In this document: in pieces, positions 13,333 through 27,689 of the stretch
Numbering within the stretch: position 1 is the stretch's first letter
Layout of the letters: each line of letters begins with the position of its first letter
Assembly: GCA_009103225.1 (NCBI GenBank)
Contig: RHPI01000773.1
Location: forward strand, 478,519-542,518
Direction: 5' to 3'
DNA length: 64,000 nucleotides
Source of the DNA: Chlorokybus atmophyticus
Lineage: Eukaryota > Plantae > Mesostigma and Chlorokybus algae
The notes under the pieces: model-generated
Told to the model about the DNA's origin: nothing
Databases searched by the model: none
Seen by the model: the letters and a program-made list of their open reading frames with translations, nothing else
Program-made: the position numbers and the translations under genes

Positions 13333-16300
13333 ATGCCATTTTTGATGGACATGAGTATGCCATACCCACATTCCTCCACCACCACCAGGAGCAAAAGCCA
13401 CCCCTCAGCAATGCCTCAACCCCCACCACCACCACCACCATCCACATTATCAACCACCGACTGGTCTTCCTCCTCCACCATCGCCGCCGTGATCCGCAGC
13501 GCGCGCGCTTCTCTTCTCGAGCCCTCGCGACCCTTCACGCCCGCTATTGAAGCTGTTGGCGCCAACAACAACGGCAACAGCGGGCGTTCCGTGGCGGTGG
13601 CGGGAGGGGGAGGAGGGAGGGTGGCAACGCCATTACCGCCAACGCATAGGAGGTGAGAGGGGTGGGTGGCGGGGGTGGTGCTGTTGTGGTGATTGGATGG
13701 TGTATGTGGTGTTGTGGTGGTGGCTGTTGCCGTTGGTTGTGTTGTTGCAGTTGTTGCTAATGTTGCTGTTGCCGGTGATGCATCGATGTTGTTCGTTTCC
13801 TACTACTTCTTGCTGTAAATGTTGTTGTCGTTGCTGCACAACATCATCATCATCATCATCATACTTGTGAACAGGAGTTCAAGCTTCAAGGACAGCGTGT
13901 TGCCTGCACGGCTGCCTCCCCTCGCGCGCATGTCCACAACACCAATATCGACCTCCCCAGCATCCACCCCAACCACAACATGCACCCCAACATCAACATC
14001 AACCACAGCATCCACCACTCCCGTTGTTGGGTCCAACATTCATCCACAACAAGCCGCCGATATCGAGCGCATGCTCGCATCTTTCTCCGCGGACACAACA
14101 TCCGGCAGCCGAAGCAGCACGAGTGCTGCACTAATGTGGTGCAAAGAGCTCAACACAATGCTCACTGATGAGTTCATATCTCACGCAAATGCCAACTCGC
14201 TTCGCGAGAGACTGATAAAGAGGCTATTCAAGCTGGTGGATGCCAAATCCGCGCGGCTTCGATTGCGAGCCTGCGCGGTCGCTATCAAGCTCACCTCGCA
14301 GATATCGCCGCTGCTAGAGACCGCGTGGGTAGTATATCAAACATCCAAAGAGGCGTCCAACGACAATATCTTCATAGAGGAGGGCTTGATCCCGCTGTTG
14401 GTATTAACTCTCCAGTCAGTACTCGCCAACAAGATATCAACCGTATCAGAGGCGATGTCGCCCGCAGCGCTCAGACCCTTCACAGCCCCGGAAGCGTTAT
14501 CGTCATTAGCGTGTGATATCGCCACATCGAGGATGGAACTGGCGTTGTATCTGCTCGGTGCTCTGCGAAATGTTACTGGCGAGAGTGCTGGACAGAAGGC
14601 TGCGGGTGTGGCGTGGGGAGTGGAGGTGGTACCTAAAGTGCTCAATTGGTTGTACCGTGAAGGTGAGATGAAGTGTAGTTGTGTGTGTGCACGCCCGCAA
14701 TCATGGTGGAAAGTGAGTTGTTCGAATGCATCTCCGACTCAGGGTGTGCAGTGGTTGTGGTTGTGTGTTTGCCTTGCATGTTTGACTGCTGATACCTGCA
14801 TTGCCATTGACAAACAGGTACCCGGAGTCAGCTGCCAGAAGGGAAACAGCTGCAGTTGCTCATTCAGGTGAACCATAATTGTACGCGTGTGCACGTGCGT
14901 GTACACATTTATATAAGTGTCTCTGTGTTGCTGACATCATCATTGTGGCTCATGTAGGCAACCGGATACTGCCGCAACATGTCTGTGGCCGTCCCGCACG
15001 CCCGCCAGCTCACACGCCAGGTACATGTTGGCTTCACACACACCTACACACAACACCATCTCACACCTGTCGTATACCTCGCACAACACTAACTCCACTC
15101 AACCCATGTGCAGGGCATAGCAGGCTTGCTCACTCTCATCCTCTCCCGCCACGCGACCAACCGCGAGCTGGCGCTCAACGTGGCGCGCGTGCTCAGCAAG
15201 CTGTCGACCGATGCCAAATGTGCCAGTGTGATGCTGCGAGACTGTGAGAACAACAACGGCACCGATGGCGGTTCTAGTGTGGATTTGCTCGCACGCGCAG
15301 CCTTACGCGCAATGGAAGTAAGCACTGTGAGATGTAAAGTACCACACACAATTATATGCATACACACGGTTCCCTACCTGCCCCCTGAGCACAAGCATGC
15401 AAGCATAGTTAGACGCGTGCTCGCTTGTTTACGCGCATGCGCACACTTATGCGCATGTGCATGCTCGTGCAAACAGTTTCTCCATATCTCACACGCACGC
15501 GCGCACACACGCACGGCATGCACGCGCATGTACACACAGACATATGCTTGCGCATGTGCACGCACACTGATATATGGATTTATACATGCCGTTGTGCACG
15601 CGCGTGTGCATGCTCGTGTAAACTATTTGCTTGGCTTACAAAGCATCTCTGCAGCTGCACGCGCAGTGTGCTCCACTGGTGTTGCGGCTGTCCTTCACGC
15701 TAGCCAACCTTTCGTCCACGAGCGAGAGCACGCGCGTGGATGTCGCTCGCCATCTCCCCATCGTGTGCAGCCTGCTCGTCGCATACAGAGCGCTCTGCTG
15801 CAATGATGATGACGATGATGATGATGATGTTTGCGAAGACAAGCGGCGAGATAGCAACAATTCTCCTTGCACGGAAAAAGAAGCTGAGGAGGTGAGCGTG
15901 GGCTCATATTTTCATGTAATTGATAGATTCTCTCATGCGTGTGCGTATGCCTGTGTGTGTCTGCAAGCGCGCGCGCACACATGTGCAACATGCTTCTTTG
16001 CCCATCAACAGGTGCTGATATCGCTCGTGCGATTGGTGGCTCACCTGGCGATATCTCCCGAGCTTGGGCCGAGAATTGCCGCCAGCGAGGATATCGCCAA
16101 TGTCCTCGCATCTGTGCTGCAAGACTCACCTGATATCGCCAATGAGGTAAACCTGCTAGTTCGTCTCGTACGCACGTACAACAAGCTCTCGGCACTCTTA
16201 CTTATACCTAAACTTTGTCGTTGCTTTCAGGAATTGCTGCTCAATGCGGTCTCAGCCGTAACCAACATATCATTCTACCACACGCCGGACAACAGACTGT

Positions 16301-16636
16301 TACACGTACGCACCCACGCCAAGCCACATCATCGGACACAGCAATGTTGTTGTGATTGTTGGGTCAAACACCAACCTTTACCCACTCCTGTGCAGATGAG
16401 GTGCGCTGTTGCGCAGCATTTAGTAAACCTCCTCTTGAGCGACAATAATGAGATGGTCACTGAAGCCGCACGTGCCCTCGGCAATTACGCCCGCTTCCAG
16501 GTGCGATCTTGTTGACACAACTGCACGACAGTCACTATATACTTATTAGCCTTTAGCAACCCAGTATGTGCACACACGTGTACGAACACATGCACGTGCA
16601 CGCATATGCGCACACGCGCGCACACACGCACGCGCA

Positions 16637-16677
<41 letters not shown>

Positions 16678-17133
16678 ACATGGTATTTGCAGGAGGTTCG
16701 GGTGTATATGGCCGACTCGCCTGCATTGGAAGCGCTGGTGTTATTGCTCGGTCACGGCGATATCAGCGTTTTGCGGGCAGTCTGCGGGGCGATTATCAAT
16801 GTCAGCGGCGATATCCACCATGCACAGGTTCTGGCCAGCCTTGGGGCGGTCCCCAGGCTGGCTGAAGTCCTGCAGCATGCTCTGGCCCAGATTGGGACCA
16901 GTCAGGAAGGAGAAGATGTTGGGTATAATGTGGGTGTTGTGAGTAAAGCACTTGCGAATGTGCTGATGAACGCTGAGTGCGGGCCGGATGACATGAGGGT
17001 TGTGGCAAATGTGTTGATAATGGTGGAGGAGGAGAGCGACGTGTGGCGGGTGCGGGTAGATGAGGACACGCTGCGGTTGTTGGATCAGATCAGGACTCAT
17101 GTATGCGGCGATGTTGTAGAGACGTGTTCATAG
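13333..17133 (+). CDS. ARMC2: Armadillo repeat-containing protein 2-like (ciliary/axonemal), about 9 exons; start codon uncertain
   Basis: N-terminal EPSRPFTP motif and ARM-like segments (YLLGALRNVT, LALNVARVLSKLS, VLRLSFTLANLS, VLISLVRLVAHLAIS, ELLLNAVSAVTNISFY, EAARALGNYARF, VCGAIINVSGD) on GT-AG exons. Confidence 0.8.
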
Positions 17134-17799
17134 TGTAGGTCATCTCTTGAAGTTGGGCAATGGTGAACGTGTGCCACAAGTCAAGATGCTGTGTATAGCA
17201 AGAACAGGCCCACTTAGCGCCCGAAATCAGATGCTTTCATTGCATCCTCAACCTTGCTACTTCTCATGCAGGTAGCCACATGCTGTAGTGGTACGCACAG
17301 TACAGTAAGCACCACCTCAACACGCATATTCTGCTATTTGTTGCGCATGTATACACAAACTTGATCAACCTTGACGTCTAGCTATAATCTCCATTCAGTG
17401 GTGGGCAGCAGCAGCAGCAGCAGATTTCCCTTAGGTAAGAGGTTTAGCAGCACGGTTGTGATCAACTTGGACACAACAGTGCTGTTGAACCTTGTTGGGA
17501 TCAAACGGGATTGCGCGTCATGATTGGCAGGCCATATTAACACGGGTACGCGCATTGGTGCTGTCCTGCGCCGTGCAACATTGCCATCTGCACGCAGATG
17601 TTGGTTGCATGTGCGTGCGCGCGGCGCGTGTGTGGGTGCGTGCCTGCGTGCGTGTATACAAAGATGCAACATGCATAGCGTGCATGCGATCAAGCAAGCA
17701 CGCAACTACGTACGTGTACATGCGCGCGCACACATATGCATGCATGTGTGTTTCGTGTGACTGCGTGTGTGTTACACCTACTTGATGGGTCGTCAGGTA

Positions 17800-19345
17800 G
17801 ACCATGAGCTGCGTTTTCCCCTGCTCTGCGCCGCTGCTGCCCCACCAGTTGTGAACCTGCTGTGATGATGTGACCTCTATCCTTATGTGGCAAGCGTGGT
17901 TGATGAGCGTTTAACGACTCCACTGTGCACGCACAGGGGCCAGTCTGCTGCTGTTGCAGTCATTGGCATCGCATGTGTCACAGAACACTTTGCTCTCACG
18001 GTGCTGAGCAACTACAAGTGCACACCAGTCCTGTAAGGAACAAGCCAGCGCGCGTTCGCTCTGGACCCCCGCTATAGAAGTGAAAACAAACAACTGAGCT
18101 GCCTCAACCAGAGCATGAATGAGCACAAAAGGGACAAAAAACAAATCTGCTGGCGAGGAGTGCCACAGCATGCACTGATCATGAGACCATATGGTCTCAG
18201 TGCACACTGTGGCACCCCGAATGCATTCACACGAAGCGCCAGCAACTTTGCAGCCGTTCCTCTTGAACGCTGCTGGCCGTCACGGACGATGCGAGCAGTT
18301 CAAATATCGCGCCTCATGCTGCAAATTGTGCGTGCCGACAGCCAAGTAGAAGCAACTCAAAAGCAAGCTTACCTGCCCTGCGCCTGCTGGTAGCCAGCTA
18401 GCCACCTGCCTCCCATGCCAAGACGCTGCTACCATTTCAGCAGCGCCTACTACCCAAGCTCGGCAAAGCTTGACATCACGCTGCAGGTGCAATGCACAAC
18501 TCCCCTCCCCGCTGACCCACCTGCCCGCCGACACCGCCAGCGACAAGCGCAGCGACAAGCACAGGCAGCGCACTACTCGCAGAAGCTGAGAGGTTTTGTG
18601 CAGCGGATAACATCTTAGTTTCCCAGACGACTTTGGTCAATCATCAGGGGTCCAAAAGTATAATGCACGGTGCTGGCGATATCGGATAGAAGGGTCAGCT
18701 GTGCAAAGCAGTACGGACCAGGCATGCAGCTGCGGGCGAAGCGGCGGCGGCGGAGGAGGGGGAGGAGGAGGATGACGGAAAAGGAGCGAGTTCAAGCTAG
18801 AGAACATTCGCAAAGTAAACCAGACGCTTCCTTTGCTGAATCGCGCTGTGAGGTACACTTGAGAAGGTGATGATCGTGTGAAGCAGCCGGTTGCAGTGAA
18901 ATGTGCCGGCCCAGTGCTAGGCTGGGTTTCAGTGCATGCAGCTATGTGACAGCAAACAGCTTGGTGTGAGTACAAAGTTGTTGAGCAGCAACTACCTCAG
19001 CGCAACTGCTCACCAGCGTTCAAAGATCGCCACTGCATAGTCTGCTGCCTTCCAACCTGTGCCGCGGTCTGGCTGACCACATATACAGCACACACACTGT
19101 GCCATGCATTTGTTTTCATCCTTAACAACCGCCGTTGACTACATTGTAATTGAGGTTTAACCGTTTGACAGTGATTACAATGGTAATACCATGCGTAGCT
19201 TGATCTGATTCCATCCCAGCCGTGCTGCTCTGTTGTCACTGTCGCTGGGTACCGGTATGTGGGTGTGGTAGCCCCTCAGGTGGGATCAGGTTGCTTGACT
19301 AGGGCGCGGTTGCAGCATTGCTAGCCCAGGAGAGGCCCTCCTGAG
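17800..19345. repeat. Inverted copy of ~3860-5170
   Basis: Colinear reverse-complement matches along the segment. Confidence 0.8.
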
Positions 19346-19914
19346 TCGATCGGTCTTTCCGCTCGGCTCACACAAATCTACTATTGCCAAAAGTAGCATG
19401 TAATCTTAGCAGCAAGTTGCATGCCTGCCAAGTTGGCAATGTGCATGGTCATTCTTGAGCTGCTCATTGCGACTAGCTTTCCCATTTGCAGGCAGTGTGT
19501 CAGTGCATGCTGACAGCTACCACATGTCGCAGTATGCTCGCCTAAGCATACTCTATTTACCAAAACACTGGTGGGAATTCTGTGCTCAACGACAAAGCAT
19601 TTCGTCACACACAGCATTGTTTGCTGTAGCGCTCAACCTGTGGATGTTGTGTTAAGCGACTATCAACGCACCGCATTTAAGAGGCGCACTGAGCAATAAC
19701 GCTGTTGTTAGCAGTTGCTTCCCCTAAAGGTGGTGGCGGCGAGGTCGGGGGTGGCACAAAGGTGTGGATGCGGATGGGCGTGCAAGATTTGGCAGCTGCG
19801 GTGCAACAAGGTCTATGCTCATGGCATGTCATCACCATAACCATTACAGCGTTCTACACAATAACCATCAACTCCAGATGAGTACGCACACCCACCCTCA
19901 TAAACCACCTTGGT

Positions 19915-20443
19915 TGTAACGGGAAGGTACATTAAATTACCACAAATCGACCATAAAAGCACCAAGTCTTTTGTGGTTGAGTGGGCTGTAACATTGGTCA
20001 TCGGAGCTTGAGACCCGGGTTCGATTCCTGCCTTGCACACGAATTCCGCGGTCGTTGTTTCTCGATCCAATAACATCGTAAATGGTCACTTTATGAGTGC
20101 CATCATCAATGGGTCGCGACTTGCCTAATGGCAGTCGCGCCGAACTGACCAGTTCAGTCGGCGCGGCAGGGCGCGACCTGCCTATCGCGGCGACGCGACC
20201 TGTGGGGCCGGCAGCGGCGGGCTATGCGCGCGCTGACCGGTATGGGCCTAAATTGACCGGTCCTTGGATGGTGGGGCCGGTGACCGACCCTAAATCAGAC
20301 CCAAGATTCCCCAGCTGATGGGCGCCAGCTGCCGAGGACGTCATCGTTCTTAAGTGGGGGGGAATGTAACGGGAAGGTACATTAAATTACCACAAATCGA
20401 CCATAAAAGCACCAAGTCTTTTGTGGTCGAGTGGGCTGTGACA
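19915..20443 (+). mobile_element. TRIM-like non-autonomous LTR element (529 bp)
   Basis: 79-bp LTRs TGTAAC...ACA at 19915-19993 and 20365-20443 (2 mismatches); PBS-like TGGTCATCGGAGC; polypurine tract AAGTGGGGGGGAA; 5-bp TSD TTGGT; no coding ORF. Confidence 0.9.
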
Positions 20444-20492
20444 TTGGTATTCTAGAGAATAAATAGTATGCTCTTAAAGGGGGTAGACTATA

Positions 20493-23400
20493 CAGTCCTA
20501 CCCCGTTAAGAGACTTCGGTTCAAGAGAATAACCCCGTTAAGATCATGATCTTTTGAATGACAGATCGTATAACAGGTAAATACTACTGCTCAAAAGAAT
20601 ATTCTCTTACGTAATCAAACTAAGAAATCCGCTTAAAATTTCTAGTCGAGCCAATCTTGTAACGGGGGAACTCCTTGATAACAGCATGTATATTTTTGTT
20701 ATAGGCAAATCATATGATACATATCTGATAAACATTTTCAAAATTGTGTATATATTATGAATAATTGTGGGTGGCATGTCATATATAGTATGGACTATGT
20801 ATACTAAGTACTATTTACTATACGGTCCGCCATAGCAAGGCCGCAGGGCCGCGGGATCGCACTAGTCCTTTTGCAAGATCCAGCGTGATGTACTGATTCG
20901 TGTCGCACCATGTACAGTCTAACCTTAGTAATTGCATATTCGATGACTGCATATCCGCGGTAAGTGCATGGTTTTGCCCGACACCAATGCACTCTGTTGG
21001 TAGTATAAGGCAGTGTAAGTGCATATCCGCGATAAGTGCATAGAAAGAGGTATTCCCGATGATATGCACTTATTGAGGATAGACTGTATGGTGCGGCGCG
21101 GATCATGCATGGTGCGTAACTGCGCCCCAGACAACGGGGCCCCGAAAGAAACATGGATGGTCCGTCCCTGGGGACCCAGTACTCGTGGTCCTCGGGGCAC
21201 AGACCATGTATGGCCCGCGGCATCCGTGGAAAGACCATACATGGTTCTTGAACGTCAAGTCGTGTGAGAACTAGGTGTAGCAAGGCATTGCACGCACTGG
21301 TACAGTACTGTAGGGGCGTAGTTGGACCAAGCTTGTGAGGCGCTTCTATTAAGGTGTGTGATGTTCATGTGTGCGCATATGTTCATGTGGAGTGTGATGC
21401 GTGAGCGCATATTGAGGGTGTTCATGCTTTGCTAAGGTGTCGTCCCAACAGCCCTTCAAACGTAGCAACATCACTCTGAAGGATAAGAAGCGCATTCTTG
21501 AGTTGTATGATGAAATGTGTGCCAACTCCACCGTCAAGCAAGCGGATTTCATCTAATGTGAAGGCCAAGTTGAAATTGGTTATTAAATAGAGTGCCTTGT
21601 CTAAGTTGTTGCATAGTTGTGACAAGATAGTGGACACGTTAGCCCAAGCCCAGACGTAAATTTTACTGCATGTACAAAGCGAATGCATCTTGCCGCTCAT
21701 CCTAAGTTAAAGGAGGCTTTGTACACATGGTTTACACAAATACATGCTCGCAATGCCACCATTACGAATCATATTCTGATAGAGAAGAGTCTGGACTTTG
21801 CTAGCAAAGTTGGCATAGAAGATATCAATGCATCGCATGGGTGGGTGCATTGATTTAAGCAACGTCATGCCATATCTATTAAAGCTCTGCACGGTGAAGC
21901 CAATCATGCAGGTAAAGCGGGGAAGGATATGGCCTGCGGACTTGCCGGAAATTCTTGAGGAGTATGGCCCCGCAGCACTTTTAACATGGACAAGAGTGGC
22001 ATGTTCTATGTCTCGTCCGCGTCGCACACTGGTCATTGTCACTGAGGAAGCTTGAGGGGGGAAGAAAGAGAAGGACAGGTTCACAAGCGCTGTGTGAATG
22101 CATACGGGTCGGAAAAGTTGCCACTTCTACTCATTGGTACATTTGAAAGGCAAAGTCTTTTGGAAGCACATGAACTCCCATTCGCATTGGCGTTAAGTAC
22201 AAGGATGCTTGGATGAATGCGGAGGTAAGGTGTTGTCAACCGCAAGTTTGATTGTGTATGTGGCATGCAATTAAACGATGTATGATGTGCAGATCTTCAA
22301 CCGCTGGTTGTGCAACTTCGCCTTGCAGGTGAAGCTGCAGAAGCGCAAAAACCTGCTGCTGCTGAACAACTGCTCTACATACGCCTGCAAGTATGGTGTG
22401 GTGGGCATGTAGACGGGGTTTACGACCCTGGAGGTGGACAACGTGAAGTGCCTATTCCTGCCTCCCAATACGACCAGCAAGGTTCAGCCTCTGGACGCTA
22501 GCATCATTGCAGCGTTTAAAGCAAGGTACACATTGCTTTCCTCGCCATTATTGCATTGCTCTTTTAAGCAACAAGCTGATCAATTATTAAAACTTGTGAA
22601 AAACATTTCGCTCGGGGGGGGGGGGGGGGGGGGGGGGGNNNNNNNNNNNNNNNNNNNNNNNNNNNNNNNNNNNNNNNNNNNNNNNNNNNNNNNNNNNNNN
22701 NNNNNNNNNNNNNNNNNNNNNNNNNNNNNNNNNNNNNNNNNNNNNNNNNNNNNNNNNNNNNNNNNNNNNNNNNNNNNNNNNNNNNNNNNNNNNNNNNNNN
22801 NNNNNNNNNNNNNNNNNNNNNNNNNNNNNNNNNNNNNNNNNNNNNNNNNNNNNNNNNNNNNNNNNNNNNNNNNNNNNNNNNNNNNNNNNNNNNNNNNNNN
22901 NNNNNNNNNNNNNNNNNNNNNNNNNNNNNNNNNNNGGGGGGGGGGGGGGGGGGGGGGGGCCGGACCCCCCTTGTTATCGGAGTCTATTGTACGTTCTCCC
23001 GTAATGTGACAGGTACAAGCGGAAGCTTGTTGCACACTTGTTGCGGCAATACGGTGCCGACCCCACAGCTGATTTGAGCAAAGTCACAGTGCAGCTTAAG
23101 TAGGCAATCATATGGTGTCGCGAGGCGTACCGCGAGCTCACCGTCACCACCATGAAGACCTGCTGGAAGAAGAGAGGCGTTACTCTTGCATCCCGGCACG
23201 CGCCTAGCACCGACGGTGACGCATGCGAGCAGGCCGTTGCGCAGGTGATTGGCGACATCATGCAGCGTCTCCCCATTCCACGCACAGAGATGCTGCCACC
23301 TGATGAGTTCGTACATGGATGAAACCGTTCAAACCGATGCTGGTCCTAGTAATGAGGACATTCTGAACAGCGTTGGGCTTTGTGAGCCTGCGGATGAGGC

Positions 23401-24222
23401 TGCTGAGGCTGATGGTGAGGACATGTAGCGCATTGTGCACAAACATGCATGCGAGCGTTGTTCTAACTGAGAGTTCACACAGAGGTGTGTTGTAGATGAT
23501 TGCAAGGAAGTTGTGCCGCCGCGCGGTAGCGGAGTGCATGAAGTTCCTCGATAATGTGGAGGCGTTTATTGCTACCAACAACTGCCCCATCTCAGAGCAT
23601 CATCAGCTCGCATTACGTCAGCTCCGTAATGTGGTCATCAAGCATCGGATTTGCGATGCTGAGCGTCCTCTCGCATTCAGGACTTTCACAGCAGGTGATA
23701 CCCGGCATGAGGCTTGCACTAGTGGCACTGCCAACGAGCCTGTTGTAGTAGAGTAGCATGCATCACTTTAACCAGTGAGTGGTGATTGTAATGCATGTGT
23801 TTGTGATGCTCACTTGGTGTATGCATGGTAAAAATAACACATGCAAGCAAGGGATATGTGCACACACATTTGCATGCGCTCACACGCGTATACATGGACG
23901 TGATTACTTGGCCCATTTTCTAGCCTCTACGCTACAGTACAACACTATATATTATTCGGATGTGTATACGTTTTAACACTCGCATACCATGCACAATAAT
24001 ATGATTACTATGACCATAAGTATGTTGTTGGCAAGCACCTCGTTAGTAGCATATATATTTTCTTAAATACACATGCATGTTTCTAGCGATACCCTCATTA
24101 AGAGCATAATTATGATGTTAATAATAAGAGAATACATATTCTTTTGAACACCATGAGAATACCTCCATTGGTGGAATAAAAGGGGTAAGAATAAACGTGA
24201 TTATTATAACAGGGGAAGACTG
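20493..24222 (+). mobile_element. pogo/Tigger (Tc1-mariner) DNA transposon, decayed
   Basis: Imperfect TIRs CAGTCCTACCCCGTTAA and (reverse complement) CAGTCTTCCCCTGTTAT with TA on both flanks; encloses a CENP-B/DDE pseudogene. Confidence 0.75.
21430..23756 (+). pseudogene. pogo-like transposase (CENP-B HTH + DDE)
   Basis: HPKLKEALYTWF, ASHGWVH*FKQRH, FNMDKSGMFY, KEKDRFT and FLPPNTTSKVQPLDASIIAAFKARY motifs, with stops and frameshifts. Confidence 0.88.
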
Positions 24223-24749
24223 TATGCCGCCTCGCAGCCCTTTGTACCCTGGCGCCCGGTCGCGCCAGGGTATAACTCTAGTGCGGTCGCTCGCACCATA
24301 TAGTCCGCGCCATATTTGGCGCGGATTCCATCAAATTAGGGTTCCGGCGCGGCCGGTTGTACCACGCATGGTTCGGTTTCGTGGAACCCTGGTTCCGAAC
24401 AGTTTTCCGCCATGGTGTGCGTGCATGCCGATTTCAAACGCTACTAGCATGGTCCGCATGACATGTATGCTTCGAATGTGTGTCCATGCATGCGTGTACG
24501 TGTGTAGCTATACGTGGGCGTATGTACAAAAGTGTGGGTGGGCGTTCGTGCTTGCATGTGCGAGCAGGCCGTGTGTGTCGCTGTAGCTATCATGTGCGCG
24601 TGCGTGCATGCGCACGTACTTGCAGATGCATCAAATGTGCGTTGAGCTCTTCAAGTCACTTGAAGCAGGAGGGAAGTTGCCTCCTGATCTCCCACAACTT
24701 GCTTGACACTAGCTAGTCACCCACTATCTCCACGTACTCAATCATCACC

Positions 24750-25700
24750 CTAGCAATGCATTGTATACACCCTTGCCTCCCTGTTTATAGACAAATCGGT
24801 GAGAAAACTATCAGCAAACAACAACTTTGGTGTTGCAAGCATGCAACACACTTGAGTTGCGTGATTGAAGTTGTAGACTTTAAACATATGATCAACTGTT
24901 AAGATGCTGCCCAATAGGCTCGACATGCAATTTATGTGCCATAGTCGACGGTCCTCGGCTTCGCCAACATACACACCTCACAATTATTGGGCACTTGGGC
25001 TCGCGCCATCATACCCAGCAGTGTGCGCATGATTACTCAGTCCAACGCCTGCGCGCACATGCATAAGTAGATGCTCATCATTAGCCAAGTTGAAGCCATT
25101 TTTTCTTAGATTTGTACAATAACACATCATGCCTTATCGTTGGCAGTGGTCAATGGTTGGCAAGAAGCGCGTGAGTGTGGCGCTTGATGTGCCGCTATGC
25201 GTCATGACCTTGAAAACCAACTACAAGTACATATGCAAATTGTTGTAAGCCACACCAATCAATCACAAATGCCATGGCTAATGTTGCATGCGGCATGCAC
25301 TCAGTGGTAAGGCTTACTATGAGGCACAACTGGTGTGACCGGTGGAAGTGTAAGTAATTCAACTCGCCCACCATGTTGAAGACATCGAAAGCTTTTGCCA
25401 TTCGAAATGTTCCGTTGTCGCAAGTTGATGAGAGCCTTGTCTGAGGCGTTGTGTGGTCGTGACGCGGTTGAGATATTGCTGTCTTACAACCGCCGGTTGC
25501 CCAAGGTGCTAAAAGACTTCGTCATCCACTGCGTTTAGGTGCTTATCGTCACCATTATGGCCAGCACCTGATAATGAACATTCAGTTGCAACCCGTATTT
25601 GCAATGACGGATAGCATAGGGTGAACAAGTTATGCCTGCCGCGTCACGAAGTTCGTGCACTTGTAGCGATGTTCATATGCCGCGGTATGCCATGGAGTCG
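24750..25700 (-). pseudogene. Probable DNA-transposase relic (GSILTVDHMFKV motif, DUF6729-like)
   Basis: LWHINCMSSLLGSILTVDHMFKV resembles the G.iLs.DHTFKv motif of DUF6729-type elements; the rest is heavily disrupted. Recognition from memory only. Confidence 0.3.
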
Positions 25701-27689
25701 GTGCAAGCTGAGCTCTCAACCGTTACCTTGCACGTGCAGAGTACTCTTGCAAACCGGACCTTGAATGACGGGCACGAGATGTGAAAAGAACCTCCCAATG
25801 TGTAAATATCACTTCCGCTTCGTAACTCGGCGGCTATGCCCCGGGCGTAGCCGAAAGTCCTTAGCATGGTCGCTAAACTGCGCAGAGGATTTATGTAGCG
25901 TTGGGACGACCTTAATTGATGTTAAAGGGAGGCTTGGCCTTAGACATGCTTTTAGTTAATGCCTAGGCCCACTTGTGAACTTGCTGCTCGCGGCGCAAGC
26001 CGAGAGCGATCATTGTTGAGTGCTCTTATGCGTCTGCGCACATCAAGAATTTAAATTGCGCTGACCATTATGGTAATGGTAATACCTCGCAAAAGAGGTA
26101 AGCGGCATGCATGCAATGAGGTTGTTTAACATCAGATCACGATGATTGAAACTTGTGGTTGTGCATGCAATAAGTTGGTTTCTGGCAGCCGGGACTGAGG
26201 CTTACATGAACGCTCAATTTGGGATGAAGCGAAGATCAAGTTGCCTATGCTTGAGGGCACTTCGATAGAAGGCGCTCACAAGGAAGCGCAATTCGAGCTG
26301 TCGTCGCGGCATTCATTGCGTAGGTTATATATCTGATGTGTATCTATAACACATAGTTAGCAACTTTTAATATACTCTTGTATTTTTAATTTAAATTACG
26401 GTGTATCTTTATCATAATGTAAGAGTGCATAACTTACTTGCGATTGTTAATGACGATGGTTGTGTGAATATGAATGGTGTGAGAGACTTTGCATATGTAT
26501 ATCCAGTGATGTGTTGTTCACAATTCTAGCTCGTGGGCGGAGATTTTCATTGCTATTGGCTATTGATGAAATCTAGTTGTAACGCTATAGCACTCGCTAA
26601 CCATTATAATAACACACAAATTACACCTACAAGTTCCATCATATAAATTACAAGTAATAAATGATCAAATGTATGCATTTGCATTTAAATCTACAACTTT
26701 CATATCTTGGAACAACCTCTATTGTTTGTATGACACTTATTCTATTATCCAATACGCCTTGGTAAAACTCGCCCGTCGGGTGGGGGTGTGGGGGTACTAC
26801 TCGGTATGATGTCCTTGTCAAAGTCACATACCAGTAGACGCACATGCTGCATGGCATGACTTTCCTATGATTTATTCACTCTCAAGCTCAAATGCGGGTA
26901 TCTCAAACGCGAAGGCTCCACCGCGCTTACACGTGGCACTCACATGACTCCAGTCACGTGCCACGTGCCACGCGCGCACGCGCAGTCAAACTCTGATTAC
27001 TCGGCCACGTCGAATTCCGGCCTCTCTAACAGCAAACACACAAGCCCTTGACCGGGGTTGCCAGCCTGATTCGCGGTTAAACGCGCCGTTACTGCGACTC
27101 TGTCCGGCAAAGTCTGCCCCCCTTCCCCAACTCACATCAACCGTAGTTGTTCTCCCGCCCTTTGCTGCCCAGCGAGTGCACACATTGTGCCGCTTTGCCT
27201 TGGCTGTGGCTGTGTCTGTGCAAGAGGCGGTGTTGTTGTGTTGAGTAGTATATCATTCAGTGGGTGTGGGCGTCCTGTTGAAGTTGTCGCTGGTGTGGTG
27301 AGGCAAGTCAGCGTACACACAGTGGTGTTGTTTTGCTGGACATGCCGTGGAGAGGCGCCCCTCTGATACGCAATGTGATGGCGGCGCTGCGCACGAGGTG
27401 GGCCAACTCCGCCCCAGGGAAGCACCCGTCCGCCCACGCCACAAACCATGCGGGAGAGGTAAGGCAAACCATCCCTTGCAATTGCGTATGTGGTGGCGTG
27501 GTGGTCTGCATGTGTGAGAGGGACTGTGGGTGGGTGGGTGAATGAGTGTGCGTAGATGTGTGGTTGGGGATGGTGTGTGGTCGTGGTGGGTGGGAGGGCT
27601 GTGGCTGTGGCTGTGGCTGTGGATGGGTGGGTGTGGTGTATGTTTGTGGGTGCGGGCAATAGAACACAAGCATCAATGCTCTTGTCCCG

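Noticed and set aside
19995-20040. tRNA gene or tRNA-derived SINE (GGTTCGATTCC; also ~34095)
   Set aside because: No cloverleaf or A-box; the motif lies in the TRIM leader right after the PBS.
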